Shown here one piece after another: positions 23,774 to 34,399 of a DNA stretch of 64,000 bases (its first letter is position 1; the number at the start of each line of letters is the position of its first letter). The stretch spans positions 32,001 through 96,000 of the forward strand of contig CAWFQL010000006.1 in assembly GCA_963817915.1 (NCBI GenBank), given 5' to 3'. Made by a program: the position numbers and the translations under genes. Under the pieces are notes generated by a model, which did no database searches, was not told where the DNA came from, and saw nothing but the letters and a program-made list of their open reading frames with translations. The DNA is from an uncultured candidate division Zixibacteria bacterium. GTDB taxonomy: Bacteria > Zixibacteria > MSB-5A5 > UBA10806.

Positions 23774-23950
23774 AGCTGCACTACCTACCATAAATCTTCG
23801 GCGTCAAGCGGCTTAACCTGACTTTTTCCGCTCTCGGTGGTTTCATTTCAGCAACATGGCAAGTTAACAAATATCTCAGCCGTGCCATGGCGCCCGACTG
23901 TCACCCAATACGCAACGAGCAAATTACTCAATTGCTTTGATATTCGCCAT

Positions 23951-23984
23951 AAAAAAATCAGGGGCGGTTTGAAATCCGCCCCTG
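23951..23984 (-). terminator. Intrinsic terminator of rocD
   Basis: CAGGGGCGG-loop-CCGCCCCTG followed by a T-run on the minus strand. Confidence 0.75.
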
Positions 23985-24031
23985 CTGAATATTTCTGCTC
24001 TTAATAGAACTAACCTATCGATTTGCTGTCT

Positions 24032-25321
24032 TCAATCCACCAATATCTTCTCTAATCTTTCGACAAGATATTCGATCTCATCATCGTTGATGATGAGCGG
24101 CGGAGAAATACGGATCGTATGGCCGTGGCTGTCATTGGCCAGTATGCCAAGATCGAGCAGCTTGCGGCAATAACCCATGGCGTCGCTGTTGTTCACCTCG
24201 ATACCGATGAATAATCCCTTGCCGCGAACTTCCTTTACATGCGTAGATCGTTTGGCGATATCCACGATCTTCTTTTTGAGGATTTCGCCCTTCGATGCCG
24301 CGCGACCCGGCAGGTTCTCGTCAATCAAGACATCGATTGCGGCGTTGCCCGCTACGCAGGCCAATGGATATCCGCCGTATGTGGAGCCATCGGAGCCGGG
24401 TTGGAACGCCTTATCCATTATCTTGGAATTAGTCAGGAAAACTGACACAGGCACCAATCCGCCGGAAATCGCCTTGCCCAATATCAAGCCGTCGGGAATA
24501 ACATTCTCGTGCTCGAAACAAAACATCTTGCCGGTTCTGCCAAGTCCGACCTGGATTTCATCGAATATCAAAAACAAATCATTGGTATCGGCGAGATTGC
24601 GCAGACCCTGCAGGAATCCGGCCGGCGGTTGATACATGCCGCCTTCGCCCTGCATCGGCTCGACGAGGATACCGCAAGTGTTCTTATTGATTAATTTCTC
24701 GACTTCTTTGAGATTGCCATATTCAGCCGAGACAAATCCGGGGGTCAACGGCCCAAAGCCGGTCTTGTACTTTGCAGTAGTTGAGAATGATATTACGGTA
24801 ATCATTCGGCCATGGAAATTATTATTGAAAACGATTATTTCCTGTTTGCCATCTGGAATACCTTTGGCTTTATAGCCATAATAACGAGCCATTTTGATTG
24901 CCGTCTCTACCGATTCCACTCCGCCATTTTTCGGCAGTACCTTATTGCCATTATTTCCGAAACGGGGTCCGAGCTGTGGCGGCAGAGTAGCGATTTTCTT
25001 CAGGAATACGCCGAGCGCATCGGTATATACGACATTGGAAATGACAGAGGCATAATCGCCTTGCAGAGCATCAACTAACGCTTTTACGATTCGCGGATGA
25101 TGGTGACCCTGATTGGCCGCGGAATATGCCGCCAGACAATCGAGATATTTTTTATCATCGATACCGGTCAGCCAGGCGCCCTTGGTTTTGCGAACTACCA
25201 GTCCCAGACGACCATAATGATGCGCGCCAAATTTGCTTTCAAATCCGTAAATTTCCTCGTCCGGAATCTGCGAAAAACCAAATGTATTTTTATTAATGAC
25301 GTTAATGTTCGTCATAGCCAA
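24032..25321 (-). CDS. rocD: Ornithine aminotransferase (class III PLP enzyme)
   Basis: GAHHY, YLDCLAAYSAANQGHHHP, EPMQGEGG, DEIQVGLGRTG, LGKAISGG, GSTYGG. Confidence 0.85.
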   Translation of the reverse strand: MAMTNINVINKNTFGFSQIPDEEIYGFESKFGAHHYGRLGLVVRKTKGAWLTGIDDKKYLDCLAAYSAANQGHHHPRIVKALVDALQGDYASVISNVVYTDALGVFLKKIATLPPQLGPRFGNNGNKVLPKNGGVESVETAIKMARYYGYKAKGIPDGKQEIIVFNNNFHGRMITVISFSTTAKYKTGFGPLTPGFVSAEYGNLKEVEKLINKNTCGILVEPMQGEGGMYQPPAGFLQGLRNLADTNDLFLIFDEIQVGLGRTGKMFCFEHENVIPDGLILGKAISGGLVPVSVFLTNSKIMDKAFQPGSDGSTYGGYPLACVAGNAAIDVLIDENLPGRAASKGEILKKKIVDIAKRSTHVKEVRGKGLFIGIEVNNSDAMGYCRKLLDLGILANDSHGHTIRISPPLIINDDEIEYLVERLEKILVD

Positions 25322-25730
25322 CTCCTTGCTAATAGAACTAATTATGTTTGCTTTTGACTAAAAACAGATATGTATTGGGCGAGGAATTAAAGCTGTCCTT
25401 TGAGGTAAATACGCCAAAGGATTCGACGTTGCAGCCTGTTGCAGGCTTCGCTATTTTTCATCAGGCTTTTCATGTCATTAACTTACTATCATTCAAGGTC
25501 TTTGTCAAGTACTATCGCCTCTTAAGCCGATGTCTATAATACTATTATCGGCCTTTTTTACATCTATATTTAATACGAAATATGGGCAAGAAAGGTTTCC
25601 GAGAGCATAGACCTGCCGGCGTGAGTCTCTATATTTGAACATGTATATGCTACTGTGGAGACACAAGATTTCGCGTCTCCACAGGTATTAGATTTCTTAT
25701 TTTTAACTAATGAAGGGCTAATGTTTTTGG

Positions 25731-25955
25731 TTATCTGCCTGCTTTGAGCCTTTCTCTAATCTGCCTTAATAAGAGCACAACCACGAATATCATCAGCATC
25801 GATGAAAATTCGAAAAGCCTTCCGGGTGTATATGTCAGCCATGACACGGTCCAACCAAAGACACCCAATATCCAGTTCACGATTGCCATAACCAGGATGA
25901 TTAATGCTATCGCGAAAAATATCCTGGAAAATACGCTGGTTAATTTATCAATCAT
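25731..25955 (-). CDS. Small two-TM membrane protein
   Basis: Two hydrophobic helices; GAGG RBS; co-oriented with the next gene. Confidence 0.7.
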   Translation of the reverse strand: MIDKLTSVFSRIFFAIALIILVMAIVNWILGVFGWTVSWLTYTPGRLFEFSSMLMIFVVVLLLRQIRERLKAGR

Positions 25956-25980
25956 ATATTTACCTCTTGAAAAAATGGCG

Positions 25981-26259
25981 TTAATTTCTGGTTACGGTCC
26001 AGACATCATTGAGCATCTTTTTGGCTCTAAAATCGACACGGACAATCTTGATGTTGCCGGCATTGTCCTGAAACCACATCTGAACCCATTCCGGATAGGC
26101 CGGGATCGATGTCACGGATACCAATGTCCCATAGGAAAGCGGGATCGTTTTAATATCCGAATAATCCGCCGCGTTTGTTGGCGGATTAATCTTTTGACAT
26201 GTGAAAACAACGCTGCACATCACCAATGAGATCACGAGCACTGCGATTTTTATTTTCAT
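25981..26259 (-). CDS. Small putative lipoprotein
   Basis: Signal peptide ending VFTC; AGGAGG RBS. Confidence 0.7.
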   Translation of the reverse strand: MKIKIAVLVISLVMCSVVFTCQKINPPTNAADYSDIKTIPLSYGTLVSVTSIPAYPEWVQMWFQDNAGNIKIVRVDFRAKKMLNDVWTVTRN

Positions 26260-26641
26260 AAATCCTCCTTTGGGCTTTGAGGTTTTTAACTATGTTTAAA
26301 TTATTTATGATTCATGGCAAGATGGCAGAATAACCAATTAATCATATTTGGCTTTCGAGCAGAAATCTGATATGAGCATCGACTGATAAAATAGTGCCGC
26401 CCCGGTAAATATTTATATCTTTCTAAAGAGACCCTGATGCGAATTAAGCTATGCGCAAAAAAACTATCTTAATGGCGCAGGCTTGTCAAGAGAATATGGA
26501 CTTCTGAAGGCAATTAAGTAAGGACTTGCGATCGCGGGTATTTATGTCTCTACAGATCATATCTTATCCGTAGAGACGCAATATCTTGCGTCTCTACCGC
26601 GGACAGGCAATATCGACTGGACAAACTGGATGATCTGAGGT

Positions 26642-27514
26642 ATGAATTATTGTGTTGATTTAAAGGGGATAGATTGGAGCAAGCCCAAAAAAATCGTCAT
26701 TATATCGGATGGCACCGGCCAGACCGCCAAAAGACTTATGGATGCCGTGTTGTCCCAGTATTCTAATAAACAGGTCGAATATTCTCTCGTGGATATTTAT
26801 CGTGAGATAAGAAGCAAACGCGCCTTGGATAAAGTTTTGGGCGATATCGACAATGAATATCTGGTAATTTATTCGATTATTTCAGAAGACCTCAGCAGTT
26901 ATTTCAACAAAAAACTTTCAGAAAAAGGCATAGTAAGTATTAATGTCCTTACTCCGATGCTGGAGACAATGTCAAAATTCCTTGGGGTGCATCCCGATTA
27001 TCATCCGGGGATACTACAGATTATCGATGACAGATACTATAAGAAAATAGATGCCATAGGATTCACGGTCGAGCACGATGATGGCCGCGGACAATCGCAT
27101 CACGAAGCCGATCTAATTTTATTAGGCGCATCACGAACCTGCAAGACTCCAATAAGCATGTATCTGGCCTGCAATTTCGGGTTGAAGGCGGCCAATATCC
27201 CGATTTTCAGCCATCCCACAATGGAAAGCAATCTGCTGGCAAAATTGTCATCGACTAATCCTAAGAAAATTATCGGGCTTACAATGCAACCGGAGGTTCT
27301 GGCGCGGATCAGACAAGAACGTTCGCAGTATCTGGCAGCACCGGGAGCTCAAAAAGATATCAAATCATATTTCGATTTGCGGGATATCCGGGATGAATTG
27401 CGGTTTTGCCAGGAGATTTTCACAAACCACGGCTGGCAAATTCTGGATGTGACCCGGCGAGCTATCGAAGAGGTCTCCATAGAGATTGTAGATAAGCTCT
27501 CTTACGAAAAATAA
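26642..27514 (+). CDS. ppsR: PEP synthase/PPDK regulatory kinase-pyrophosphorylase (DUF299)
   Basis: ISDGTGQTA, HDDG, GASRTCKTP.SMYLA, DVTRRAIEE. Confidence 0.92.
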   Translation: MNYCVDLKGIDWSKPKKIVIISDGTGQTAKRLMDAVLSQYSNKQVEYSLVDIYREIRSKRALDKVLGDIDNEYLVIYSIISEDLSSYFNKKLSEKGIVSINVLTPMLETMSKFLGVHPDYHPGILQIIDDRYYKKIDAIGFTVEHDDGRGQSHHEADLILLGASRTCKTPISMYLACNFGLKAANIPIFSHPTMESNLLAKLSSTNPKKIIGLTMQPEVLARIRQERSQYLAAPGAQKDIKSYFDLRDIRDELRFCQEIFTNHGWQILDVTRRAIEEVSIEIVDKLSYEK

Positions 27515-27640
27515 TTTGCTTCTATGGACAGCAAGAGCATTTGGGATCTAAAATCGAATTTATTACTTCTATTTTGGGATTTTCGATAAATAAAACTATC
27601 GGCTAAACAGCTTGCCTGGCGGGGATATAATTTAAACCCC

Positions 27641-27685
27641 TTGACACATTCTCAAAATGAGAATATATATTCTCAAAATGAGAAT
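27641..27685 (+). promoter_or_regulatory. Toxin-antitoxin promoter with tandem palindromic operators
   Basis: TTGACA at 27641; ATTCTCA-AAA-TGAGAAT at 27648-27664 and again at 27669-27685. Confidence 0.8.
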
Positions 27686-27697
27686 GGAAGATTAGAC

Positions 27698-28279
27698 ATG
27701 CTGAACAGTTTATTTTCAAAGACCAAACGCAGGCTTCTAGCCCTCATTTTTCTGAATCCCGATAAACAATACTATCTGATAGAGATCGCCCGCGTGACAG
27801 GAATTAGTCAGGGCACGTTGCATCGAGAAATAAAACCGCTCATTTATGACGGAATTCTGCAATCTGAAAGACGGGGCAGCCAGATATATTATTCTGTCAA
27901 CAAATCCAATCCGATTTATGCTGAGCTTCGAGGCATTATCTATAAAACCTTTGGCGTTTCGGATGTCTTAACTTCAGCCCTTAAACCGCTCAAGAAAAAA
28001 ATAAAAGTTGCTTTCATTTATGGCTCAATCGCCAAAGGCGAAGAGACGGCTCACAGTGATATTGATCTGATGGTAATCGGCAGTGTTAAATTTGGCGATG
28101 CCGTGTCGGCAATTTCCAAAGCGGAAAAATCGCTTGGCCGAGAAATCAATCCGACTGTCTATCCGCTCGAGGAATTTAAGAAAAAGTTAAGCGAACAACA
28201 TCACTTTCTCACTGCCGTGATTAAAGGCCCAAAGATAATGCTGATAGGCAAAGAAGATGACATTAGAAAGTTGGAATAA
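27698..28279 (+). CDS. HTH plus minimal nucleotidyltransferase (MNT) antitoxin
   Basis: N-terminal winged HTH; GSIAKGEETAHSDIDL fits GS-x10-DxD. Confidence 0.85.
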   Translation: MLNSLFSKTKRRLLALIFLNPDKQYYLIEIARVTGISQGTLHREIKPLIYDGILQSERRGSQIYYSVNKSNPIYAELRGIIYKTFGVSDVLTSALKPLKKKIKVAFIYGSIAKGEETAHSDIDLMVIGSVKFGDAVSAISKAEKSLGREINPTVYPLEEFKKKLSEQHHFLTAVIKGPKIMLIGKEDDIRKLE

Positions 28280-28700
28280 ACAAAATCACTGGCTCAAGAA
28301 AGAGGCTACCAGCAAATCCGAAATTTCTGACCTGCTGGGTTTAGTTGATCGTCATCTAAAGGATGCTTCAATACCACAGCTTAGCGCCGATGCCCGATTA
28401 TCGATTGCATTTTTGGCTGTGTTGAGTTGCGCCACGATCGCGTTAAGAGCGGAGGAATACAGGCTGAAAACTGTGCCGGGACATCATCAAAAAACAATCG
28501 ATTCTCTGCAATTTACTCTAAATCCCGGTTCTGATATCATCGACAAATTACGCGTCTTTGCGAGAAAGCGAGCGGATTCAAGCTATGATGTTTCCGGATC
28601 AATTTCGGATATCGAAGCGGCCGCGATTCTAACCATTGCCAGGGATATGCGAAGCAACCTCATAAATTGGCTTTCGGTTAATCATTCCAGTTTATTATAA
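28257..28700 (+). CDS. HEPN-domain toxin
   Basis: Helical protein overlapping the MNT gene; GHHQ and RKRADSSY (R-x4-Y variant of the HEPN motif). Confidence 0.75.
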   Translation: MTLESWNKQNHWLKKEATSKSEISDLLGLVDRHLKDASIPQLSADARLSIAFLAVLSCATIALRAEEYRLKTVPGHHQKTIDSLQFTLNPGSDIIDKLRVFARKRADSSYDVSGSISDIEAAAILTIARDMRSNLINWLSVNHSSLL

Positions 28701-28863
28701 AAAAATCAATTTTGGGAATTTTAGACGCCCCGTCAATTAATTGATAGTCGCAACCAGAAGCTGTCACGCAAGATAAGTCTCCAGATTGAGCACACTTCCC
28801 AGGCCGAGATAAAAGAGACGAAAACTTATGAAATTAAAGGACAGTATTTTTAATAAAAAAAAG

Positions 28864-28936
<73 letters not shown>

Positions 28937-28999
28937 CCATTTTTATGTCGGCACGAATATATATACCGTTAAATCATGAGTCAAGGCGATAAATTAAAT

Positions 29000-29785
29000 T
29001 TATTGATTTTGATAAAAAATATAGCTGATGGTCGCCAGAACATCGTCACCCTGCTTGCGAATATATTCAATTTTTAGTGAGGCGTGTCCGAATTTCGTCT
29101 TTATATTAACACGGTCGCCCAATATGATTACAATGGTCTCGTCATATTTCTCTTTGCTATCGGCTGGCTGAAATCCGGTTTTGCGCAGTCCCGCGCCGAG
29201 TCTATGCGGTGACGATATTCCAATTCGGCCATTGGCGGCGTAAAGATAAATATCGCATTGGGGATCGCGCGCAGGAACCGAATTTTCGGTATCAAAACAA
29301 AAGCCGCCGTTCTCTGCCTCGTGTATCGATGATAATTTGAATTCCCCTTTTGCCAACGGCATGAAGCGAATTTCATTGGATGGCGCTGATTCGACTCCAT
29401 CAACCCCTAATGTCCGTATAGACGCAAAATAGGTCTTACCGCTGATAAGATTATCGAGTGGAAATGATTCGCTTTTTATATTGCCATCGGTATCGCCGGG
29501 GTAAGGAGCATGATTGTAGGGCTCGGGATGATTGGATACCCAATTCTTGAAATTATCCTTTAACGACTTCTCTGAAAGGTAAATATTATAGCCCGATATC
29601 GGCTTATCCGGTTGACGGTTTATCGCCCATCTAAGCGTGGCTTTATGGCTGGTGACATCTGCAGCCAGGTCGTAGGGAACAGGGATAATTACCGATGGTT
29701 TTATTTCCGGCTTGGGTTTGGGCCCGCACGCGAATACAGTCCATAGCGCAGCCATCGCCAATAATGACAGTATCCTGAATTTCAT
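29000..29785 (-). CDS. Lipoprotein with fibronectin type III-like domain
   Basis: Lipobox VFAC; P.DL...ATLRW, GYNIY, NL.SG.TY..S...ES.PS. Confidence 0.78.
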   Translation of the reverse strand: MKFRILSLLAMAALWTVFACGPKPKPEIKPSVIIPVPYDLAADVTSHKATLRWAINRQPDKPISGYNIYLSEKSLKDNFKNWVSNHPEPYNHAPYPGDTDGNIKSESFPLDNLISGKTYFASIRTLGVDGVESAPSNEIRFMPLAKGEFKLSSIHEAENGGFCFDTENSVPARDPQCDIYLYAANGRIGISSPHRLGAGLRKTGFQPADSKEKYDETIVIILGDRVNIKTKFGHASLKIEYIRKQGDDVLATISYIFYQNQ

Positions 29786-29824
29786 GATTATTTTGTCAAA
29801 ATATTAATGATAGGCAATTGATAT

Positions 29825-30532
29825 CTAACGGAAATAATACACTACTCCGGCTTCAAGCTGAGTGACATTTTGTTTAATATTAAAATCATTCGGCGCTTCC
29901 AATGTAGTCAATCGCCCCGATCCGGTATGCCATCTGCCGCGGCCGGTAATCCAAAATTGACGCGTTATTCTGACATTCGCGCCCGCCTCGAAATGAGCGC
30001 CGACTGCTGTTCTGGAATCGCGGTAATATTCGGTGATAGTCCCATCGTCGCGCATATCATCTAATCTCATCGAAAATATAGAGAGTCCGATACCAACATA
30101 CGGTACCACTGGCTGCCTCGGAGCAAAATCCAGAATCACGGGAAGGGTCGCCGTAAATATACCGGCCTGATAATCGAGACTATGCCTCACGAATGTTGTC
30201 GAATTCGCGCCATCTCTGATAGTGCCCACTGCCTTCAATCCATAAATCGAAAAACCGGCATCGAGCGCGAAATTCCTATGAAAACGAGAAATATATCCGA
30301 CGCTGAATGATACATTAGAGCCGAATTTACCCATATTGCCGGTAGCAGTGGGGATTTGGCTATAGTAGAAGTCATGCATATAACTGGAGAACTCTGAGAA
30401 GCTGGGGCCGATTGCGCCACCAATTAAAACATACAGCCCGTTATTGCGGATAAAATCCTCGCGATCCTTACGCTGAGCGTAAGCGGATGTCGCGATAAGA
30501 AGACAGACTAATAGCATTACATATTTTTTCAT
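29825..30532 (-). CDS. Outer-membrane beta-barrel protein
   Basis: Signal peptide, PYVGIG strand, C-terminal GVVYYF. Confidence 0.8.
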   Translation of the reverse strand: MKKYVMLLVCLLIATSAYAQRKDREDFIRNNGLYVLIGGAIGPSFSEFSSYMHDFYYSQIPTATGNMGKFGSNVSFSVGYISRFHRNFALDAGFSIYGLKAVGTIRDGANSTTFVRHSLDYQAGIFTATLPVILDFAPRQPVVPYVGIGLSIFSMRLDDMRDDGTITEYYRDSRTAVGAHFEAGANVRITRQFWITGRGRWHTGSGRLTTLEAPNDFNIKQNVTQLEAGVVYYFR

Positions 30533-30766
30533 GCGGTTAATCTATCAGGTGAAAAAAAATAAATCAATCAAAAAATATTCGCTACGAATCACGTTTTAAT
30601 TTGGCTATGCGCAATTTGCGTATAGCGGTCAGGGCAAGCCCTGACTCGCAATGAAATAAATCAATCGAAAATTTGAATGCGGGGCCGGAGATGGGTTTCC
30701 GATTTGGCTGAAAATGCGTATTTAGTAAGACGCAAAATCTCGCGTCTCTACCGTCATTGGGCCAAT

Positions 30767-30802
30767 AAAAAAGGCGATTGGGCTCTGCTTCCCAACCGCC
30801 TT
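30767..30802 (-). terminator. Intrinsic terminator
   Basis: AAGGCG.TTGGG-loop-CCCAA.CGCCTT with a T-run on the minus strand, after 30824. Confidence 0.65.
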
Positions 30803-30823
30803 GAAAAGAAACTTATAAGGGGA

Positions 30824-32083
30824 CTATTTCAGCATTGTCAATTTAATGGATTGCGCCGAATGTCCATTCAAAACTTTGGCAAAATAAATTCCGGTAGAGA
30901 CACCAATTCCGGCCTCGTTCTTGCCATCCCATAATATCTCGCTATCGGTCATTGAAACCGGCAGCTTGCGGATCAATCGTCCCGCAATATCATAGATTCC
31001 AACCGATCCATCTTGTTTCAGGTCTCCAACCGATAGCATCACCTGAGCATTGAACGGATTCGGATAGGCGGATAACGAAATCGTCTTGGGCTGTGGTGTA
31101 GGTTCATTGGAAACTGATGTGATCAAATCGAAATATTCCAGCATGCGCCGGAAATATTGAAGACGAGTCCCGGTTTGCTCGTTGTCTAATAATAAATGCA
31201 ATGGCACCGAATTCACGACCGCCTTATATCCATCTCTTTCGGCCTGAATGTCTGCGTCTCCGCAGTAGAGACCGTTCTCGATCAGGACTTCCCGAGAATA
31301 ATATCCGAAGCCTCCGCCGAGGATAGTACCCCATTGCGAGTCGGCAAATTGGTAAGATAGTCCATCGGCAAATGTCTCCGGTGAACCCTGGATCGAAATA
31401 TATTTATCCGGCGTGCATGTGGATATTTCGAAAAATAAATAATGGCTACTCAGAGAATCATGATAAACTTCAGTATAGTCATTAACAAAAAGGCGACCCT
31501 GACGATTCAAGTAGTCCATTAAAGCCAGATCCTTGGGAGTGCTTTCCCAATAATCTCCATCGTTGTTTCCTAATGTCACTACCCACAAGAGCGGCAAATT
31601 TGCCAGCATATCGCCACAGTACGGCAGGACATCGGATACAATGGCGCCATGAAATCCCAATGAATCGAGAACGCTCTGATACCATAGATTCAGGTCATTC
31701 GATCCTGCATTGCCGACAATGAAATAATCGAAATTGGCCGGATCGGGCAATAACATTGGATCGCTGATCGCCCAGCCTCCCTCGAATTCGCCGTAATCGC
31801 CTCTAATCCCATAATAGAATGTTTGGCCAATGATGACCTCATTATCTTCAAATGAGAGATCGACCAATCCGTAATTCCTTAATTGCCATTCGCCATCCTC
31901 GCCAATTCTCCGGTAAACATTGTACCCAACCGGACGGACAAGACCCGAATCCGCGGCTGACCATGTAAGAGCGATAAAATTACATCCATATGCGATATTC
32001 AGGTCATGAGGGGCTGGAAGTTGCGCCAGGGCAGCTCCCGCAAATAATAATACGAGAGCAGTTGCTATTACGATAATCCTCAT
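30824..32083 (-). CDS. Secreted FN3-domain protein with C-terminal YPNPFN (T9SS-type/FlgD-like) sorting domain
   Basis: ATG 32083 with GGAGG; signal peptide; SAYPNPFN..IYDIAGRLI..WDG..STGIYF. Confidence 0.82.
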   Translation of the reverse strand: MRIIVIATALVLLFAGAALAQLPAPHDLNIAYGCNFIALTWSAADSGLVRPVGYNVYRRIGEDGEWQLRNYGLVDLSFEDNEVIIGQTFYYGIRGDYGEFEGGWAISDPMLLPDPANFDYFIVGNAGSNDLNLWYQSVLDSLGFHGAIVSDVLPYCGDMLANLPLLWVVTLGNNDGDYWESTPKDLALMDYLNRQGRLFVNDYTEVYHDSLSSHYLFFEISTCTPDKYISIQGSPETFADGLSYQFADSQWGTILGGGFGYYSREVLIENGLYCGDADIQAERDGYKAVVNSVPLHLLLDNEQTGTRLQYFRRMLEYFDLITSVSNEPTPQPKTISLSAYPNPFNAQVMLSVGDLKQDGSVGIYDIAGRLIRKLPVSMTDSEILWDGKNEAGIGVSTGIYFAKVLNGHSAQSIKLTMLK

Positions 32084-32231
32084 TTTTTGCCTCCATTTTT
32101 GAAGGTTAGAGGTGCTTAAAATCACGACAAATCAATTTCTGATAAATTATGATATATTTGAAAAATATTGTCAAGGGAAATATTGATGAAATTGGTCATT
32201 TTTAATTTTTTTCGGCTTATATTAATAAAAA

Positions 32232-32994
32232 CTAAAACTTATACCCCAATCCGAATTTCAGCGAAATACCGCTGAGGTTGACATCCATGCGATCCTGTAC
32301 AACGCCGTGGTCAATTCGCCATTCACCGGAAACTCGCATATATCGGAATTCGCTATTCAAAAATATCCTGGAGCCTAATGGCGTTTCAAATCCCGCAAGT
32401 ATATGAGTTTCGACAGCATAATCTCTGGCATATTTTGCCAGGGGAACTCTCGGACTTCGCTGGTAATAGTTGTCAAGAAAAGCTCCGGTTACAAAGGCCG
32501 CCTTCCATGTCGCGATATAGACCCCCGTGCCGATTCCGAAGTACGGCATTAATTTCGAACCCGAATTTCTATGATGATAAATAATGCTGAAATCTACTGG
32601 AATAATTTCTAAACCATTTTTGTAATATTGGTATCCATTTGATGTCATAATATGATCGTTTCTGAAACCTGATTCAATCCTCATTTCGAAATTCGAAATA
32701 TAATAGCCTAGATATCCGCCAATGACGTACGATCCGCTCGTTCTATCCGAGTTTCCAAAATAAATATACTTCTCTTCATTTTGATTATTCAGCGGGGCGA
32801 ACATGCCGCCCTGCATGCCGAACGTAAAATGAGCTTGCGCCGGAAGCCGCGAATATTGTCGCAATTATTAATATCATTGAGCAGTAAAGTAAAACCCTGT
32901 TTGCCGTGTTGGCAGGTCTCCGTACCTGCCACGGCCAGGCATCTGGTCGGGTGCGGAGACCCGACCACACACTATTATTCTTATTATTTCTCAT
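32232..32994 (-). CDS. Outer-membrane beta-barrel paralog 7, with in-frame REP insertion and one frameshift near 32840
   Basis: ATG 32994 with GAGGGG RBS; removing one base gives IFAASAQAHFTFG, matching the neighbour's FANSAQAHFTFG; ends KFGLGYKF. Confidence 0.8.
32906..32970. repeat. Double-hairpin REP family copy (GTGGCAGGTCTCCG.ACCTGCCAC / GTCGGG..CGGAGACCCGAC)
   Basis: Other copies at 37446-37511, 59768-59833, 59884-59949, 61832-61897, 61985-62050. Confidence 0.9.
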
Positions 32995-33005
32995 CTTATC
33001 CCCTC

Positions 33006-33701
33006 TCAGAAATTATATCCAAATCCGAATTTTATTGATGTTCCGCCGAGGCCATTCTTATTTCGATCTTGATAGGCGGTGCCATTCCAAACATCATTTT
33101 TTGTCAGCCAACTTTTATATATATGAGAATGTTTCAATTCGCCGCTGAAGTAGAATTTTGAACTAATCGGCATTTGAAAACCCGCAATAAAATTGGCTCC
33201 GACGGGATAGGAAATGCTTTTGGTTTTCCAGTTTGTGCCGTCGATATCGCTACGCTCTCGTTTCCAGGACGCTTGATTGATACCTGCCCCAACTCCAACA
33301 TAAGGCTCAATATTCTTATTTCGAATTCTTATATGATAGATAGCATTGAAGTCGAGCGTGATAACCTTAAATTCGTCCTCGGTATAATTGTAGATTGTAT
33401 TGACACTACTGGAAACAGTATTTTTCATTCCGCTTCCGATCCTTAATTCAAAAGCCGAAATACGATATCCCAAAAATCCCGCAATTTCATAGGTATTGCC
33501 GAATACATTCCGTGATTCCAACGGGGGCAGATTGGGAGGTATAACCCATTGGTTAACCGGCCTTTGGTCAACCTTTTGATTGTTTGGGGCAAAAATTCCG
33601 CCCTGCAAGCCGAATGTAAAATGAGCCTGTGCGGAATTCGCGAATAGGAGTGAGACTAGCATAAACGCCAAGCAATAAAAAAATATCCTCTTATTTTTCA
33701 T
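33006..33701 (-). CDS. Outer-membrane beta-barrel paralog 6
   Basis: Signal peptide, FGLQGGIFAP, PYVGVGAG, GGTSIKFGFGYNF. Confidence 0.85.
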   Translation of the reverse strand: MKNKRIFFYCLAFMLVSLLFANSAQAHFTFGLQGGIFAPNNQKVDQRPVNQWVIPPNLPPLESRNVFGNTYEIAGFLGYRISAFELRIGSGMKNTVSSSVNTIYNYTEDEFKVITLDFNAIYHIRIRNKNIEPYVGVGAGINQASWKRERSDIDGTNWKTKSISYPVGANFIAGFQMPISSKFYFSGELKHSHIYKSWLTKNDVWNGTAYQDRNKNGLGGTSIKFGFGYNF

Positions 33702-33714
33702 CTATAAACTCCCT

Positions 33715-34389
33715 TTAGAAACGGCGTCCCAATCCTAATCTCAATGATGCTCCGCCGATGCTGATATTATTGGCCCGTTCACGAATGATGTTATCAGCTA
33801 TTTCTAATTTCCAATCGCTTGAAATATAACTATATCCAAATTCGCTGCTGAGATAGAAATTGTGGTTGAGAGGAAATTCACACCCCGCCAGGAAATGAAT
33901 ACCTATCGGATAAGTGGTACCTTTCAAAATAGTAGCGCCTTCGTAATATTGGTCAAGGAAGTCCCGCGATTCTGCTTTCCAATTCGCCACATTGAGTCCA
34001 GTACCAAAGCCAAGATAGGGCCGATAGTTTTTATTCTGTAATTTCATATGATAGATAAAACTGAGATCAAAAGAGACTACTTGAAGAATATTTCTTTGAA
34101 AATTCGTATATGAATTTCTCAGCTTCTTTTCCGTAACACTTTGCCTTGTGGCCGATTTAATTCTAATCTCAAAATCATTAATATAATATCCGCAATATCC
34201 CCCAAGTTCAAATGCTCTTCCAAACCCTCCGGTCCAACTTTCGACTTGATCCTGAATTGGCCAATTTTGCGGCATAAACATCCCGCCCTGCAAGCCGACT
34301 TCGAAGCGGCTGGGACCGGCAATGGCGAATGATGGCAAAGACGCAATTATTGCCGCACAGAATAATAATGATGCTATTCGTTTCATCAT
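33715..34389 (-). CDS. Outer-membrane beta-barrel paralog 5
   Basis: ATG 34389 with AAGGAG; GLQGGMFMP, PYLGFGTG, GGASLRLGLGRRF. Confidence 0.85.
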   Translation of the reverse strand: MMKRIASLLFCAAIIASLPSFAIAGPSRFEVGLQGGMFMPQNWPIQDQVESWTGGFGRAFELGGYCGYYINDFEIRIKSATRQSVTEKKLRNSYTNFQRNILQVVSFDLSFIYHMKLQNKNYRPYLGFGTGLNVANWKAESRDFLDQYYEGATILKGTTYPIGIHFLAGCEFPLNHNFYLSSEFGYSYISSDWKLEIADNIIRERANNISIGGASLRLGLGRRF

Positions 34390-34399
34390 ACTCCTTGAA

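Noticed and set aside
23658..23940. preQ1 riboswitch upstream of queF
   Set aside because: No recognisable preQ1-I stem with A-rich tail on the minus strand; region is occupied by a palindromic repeat
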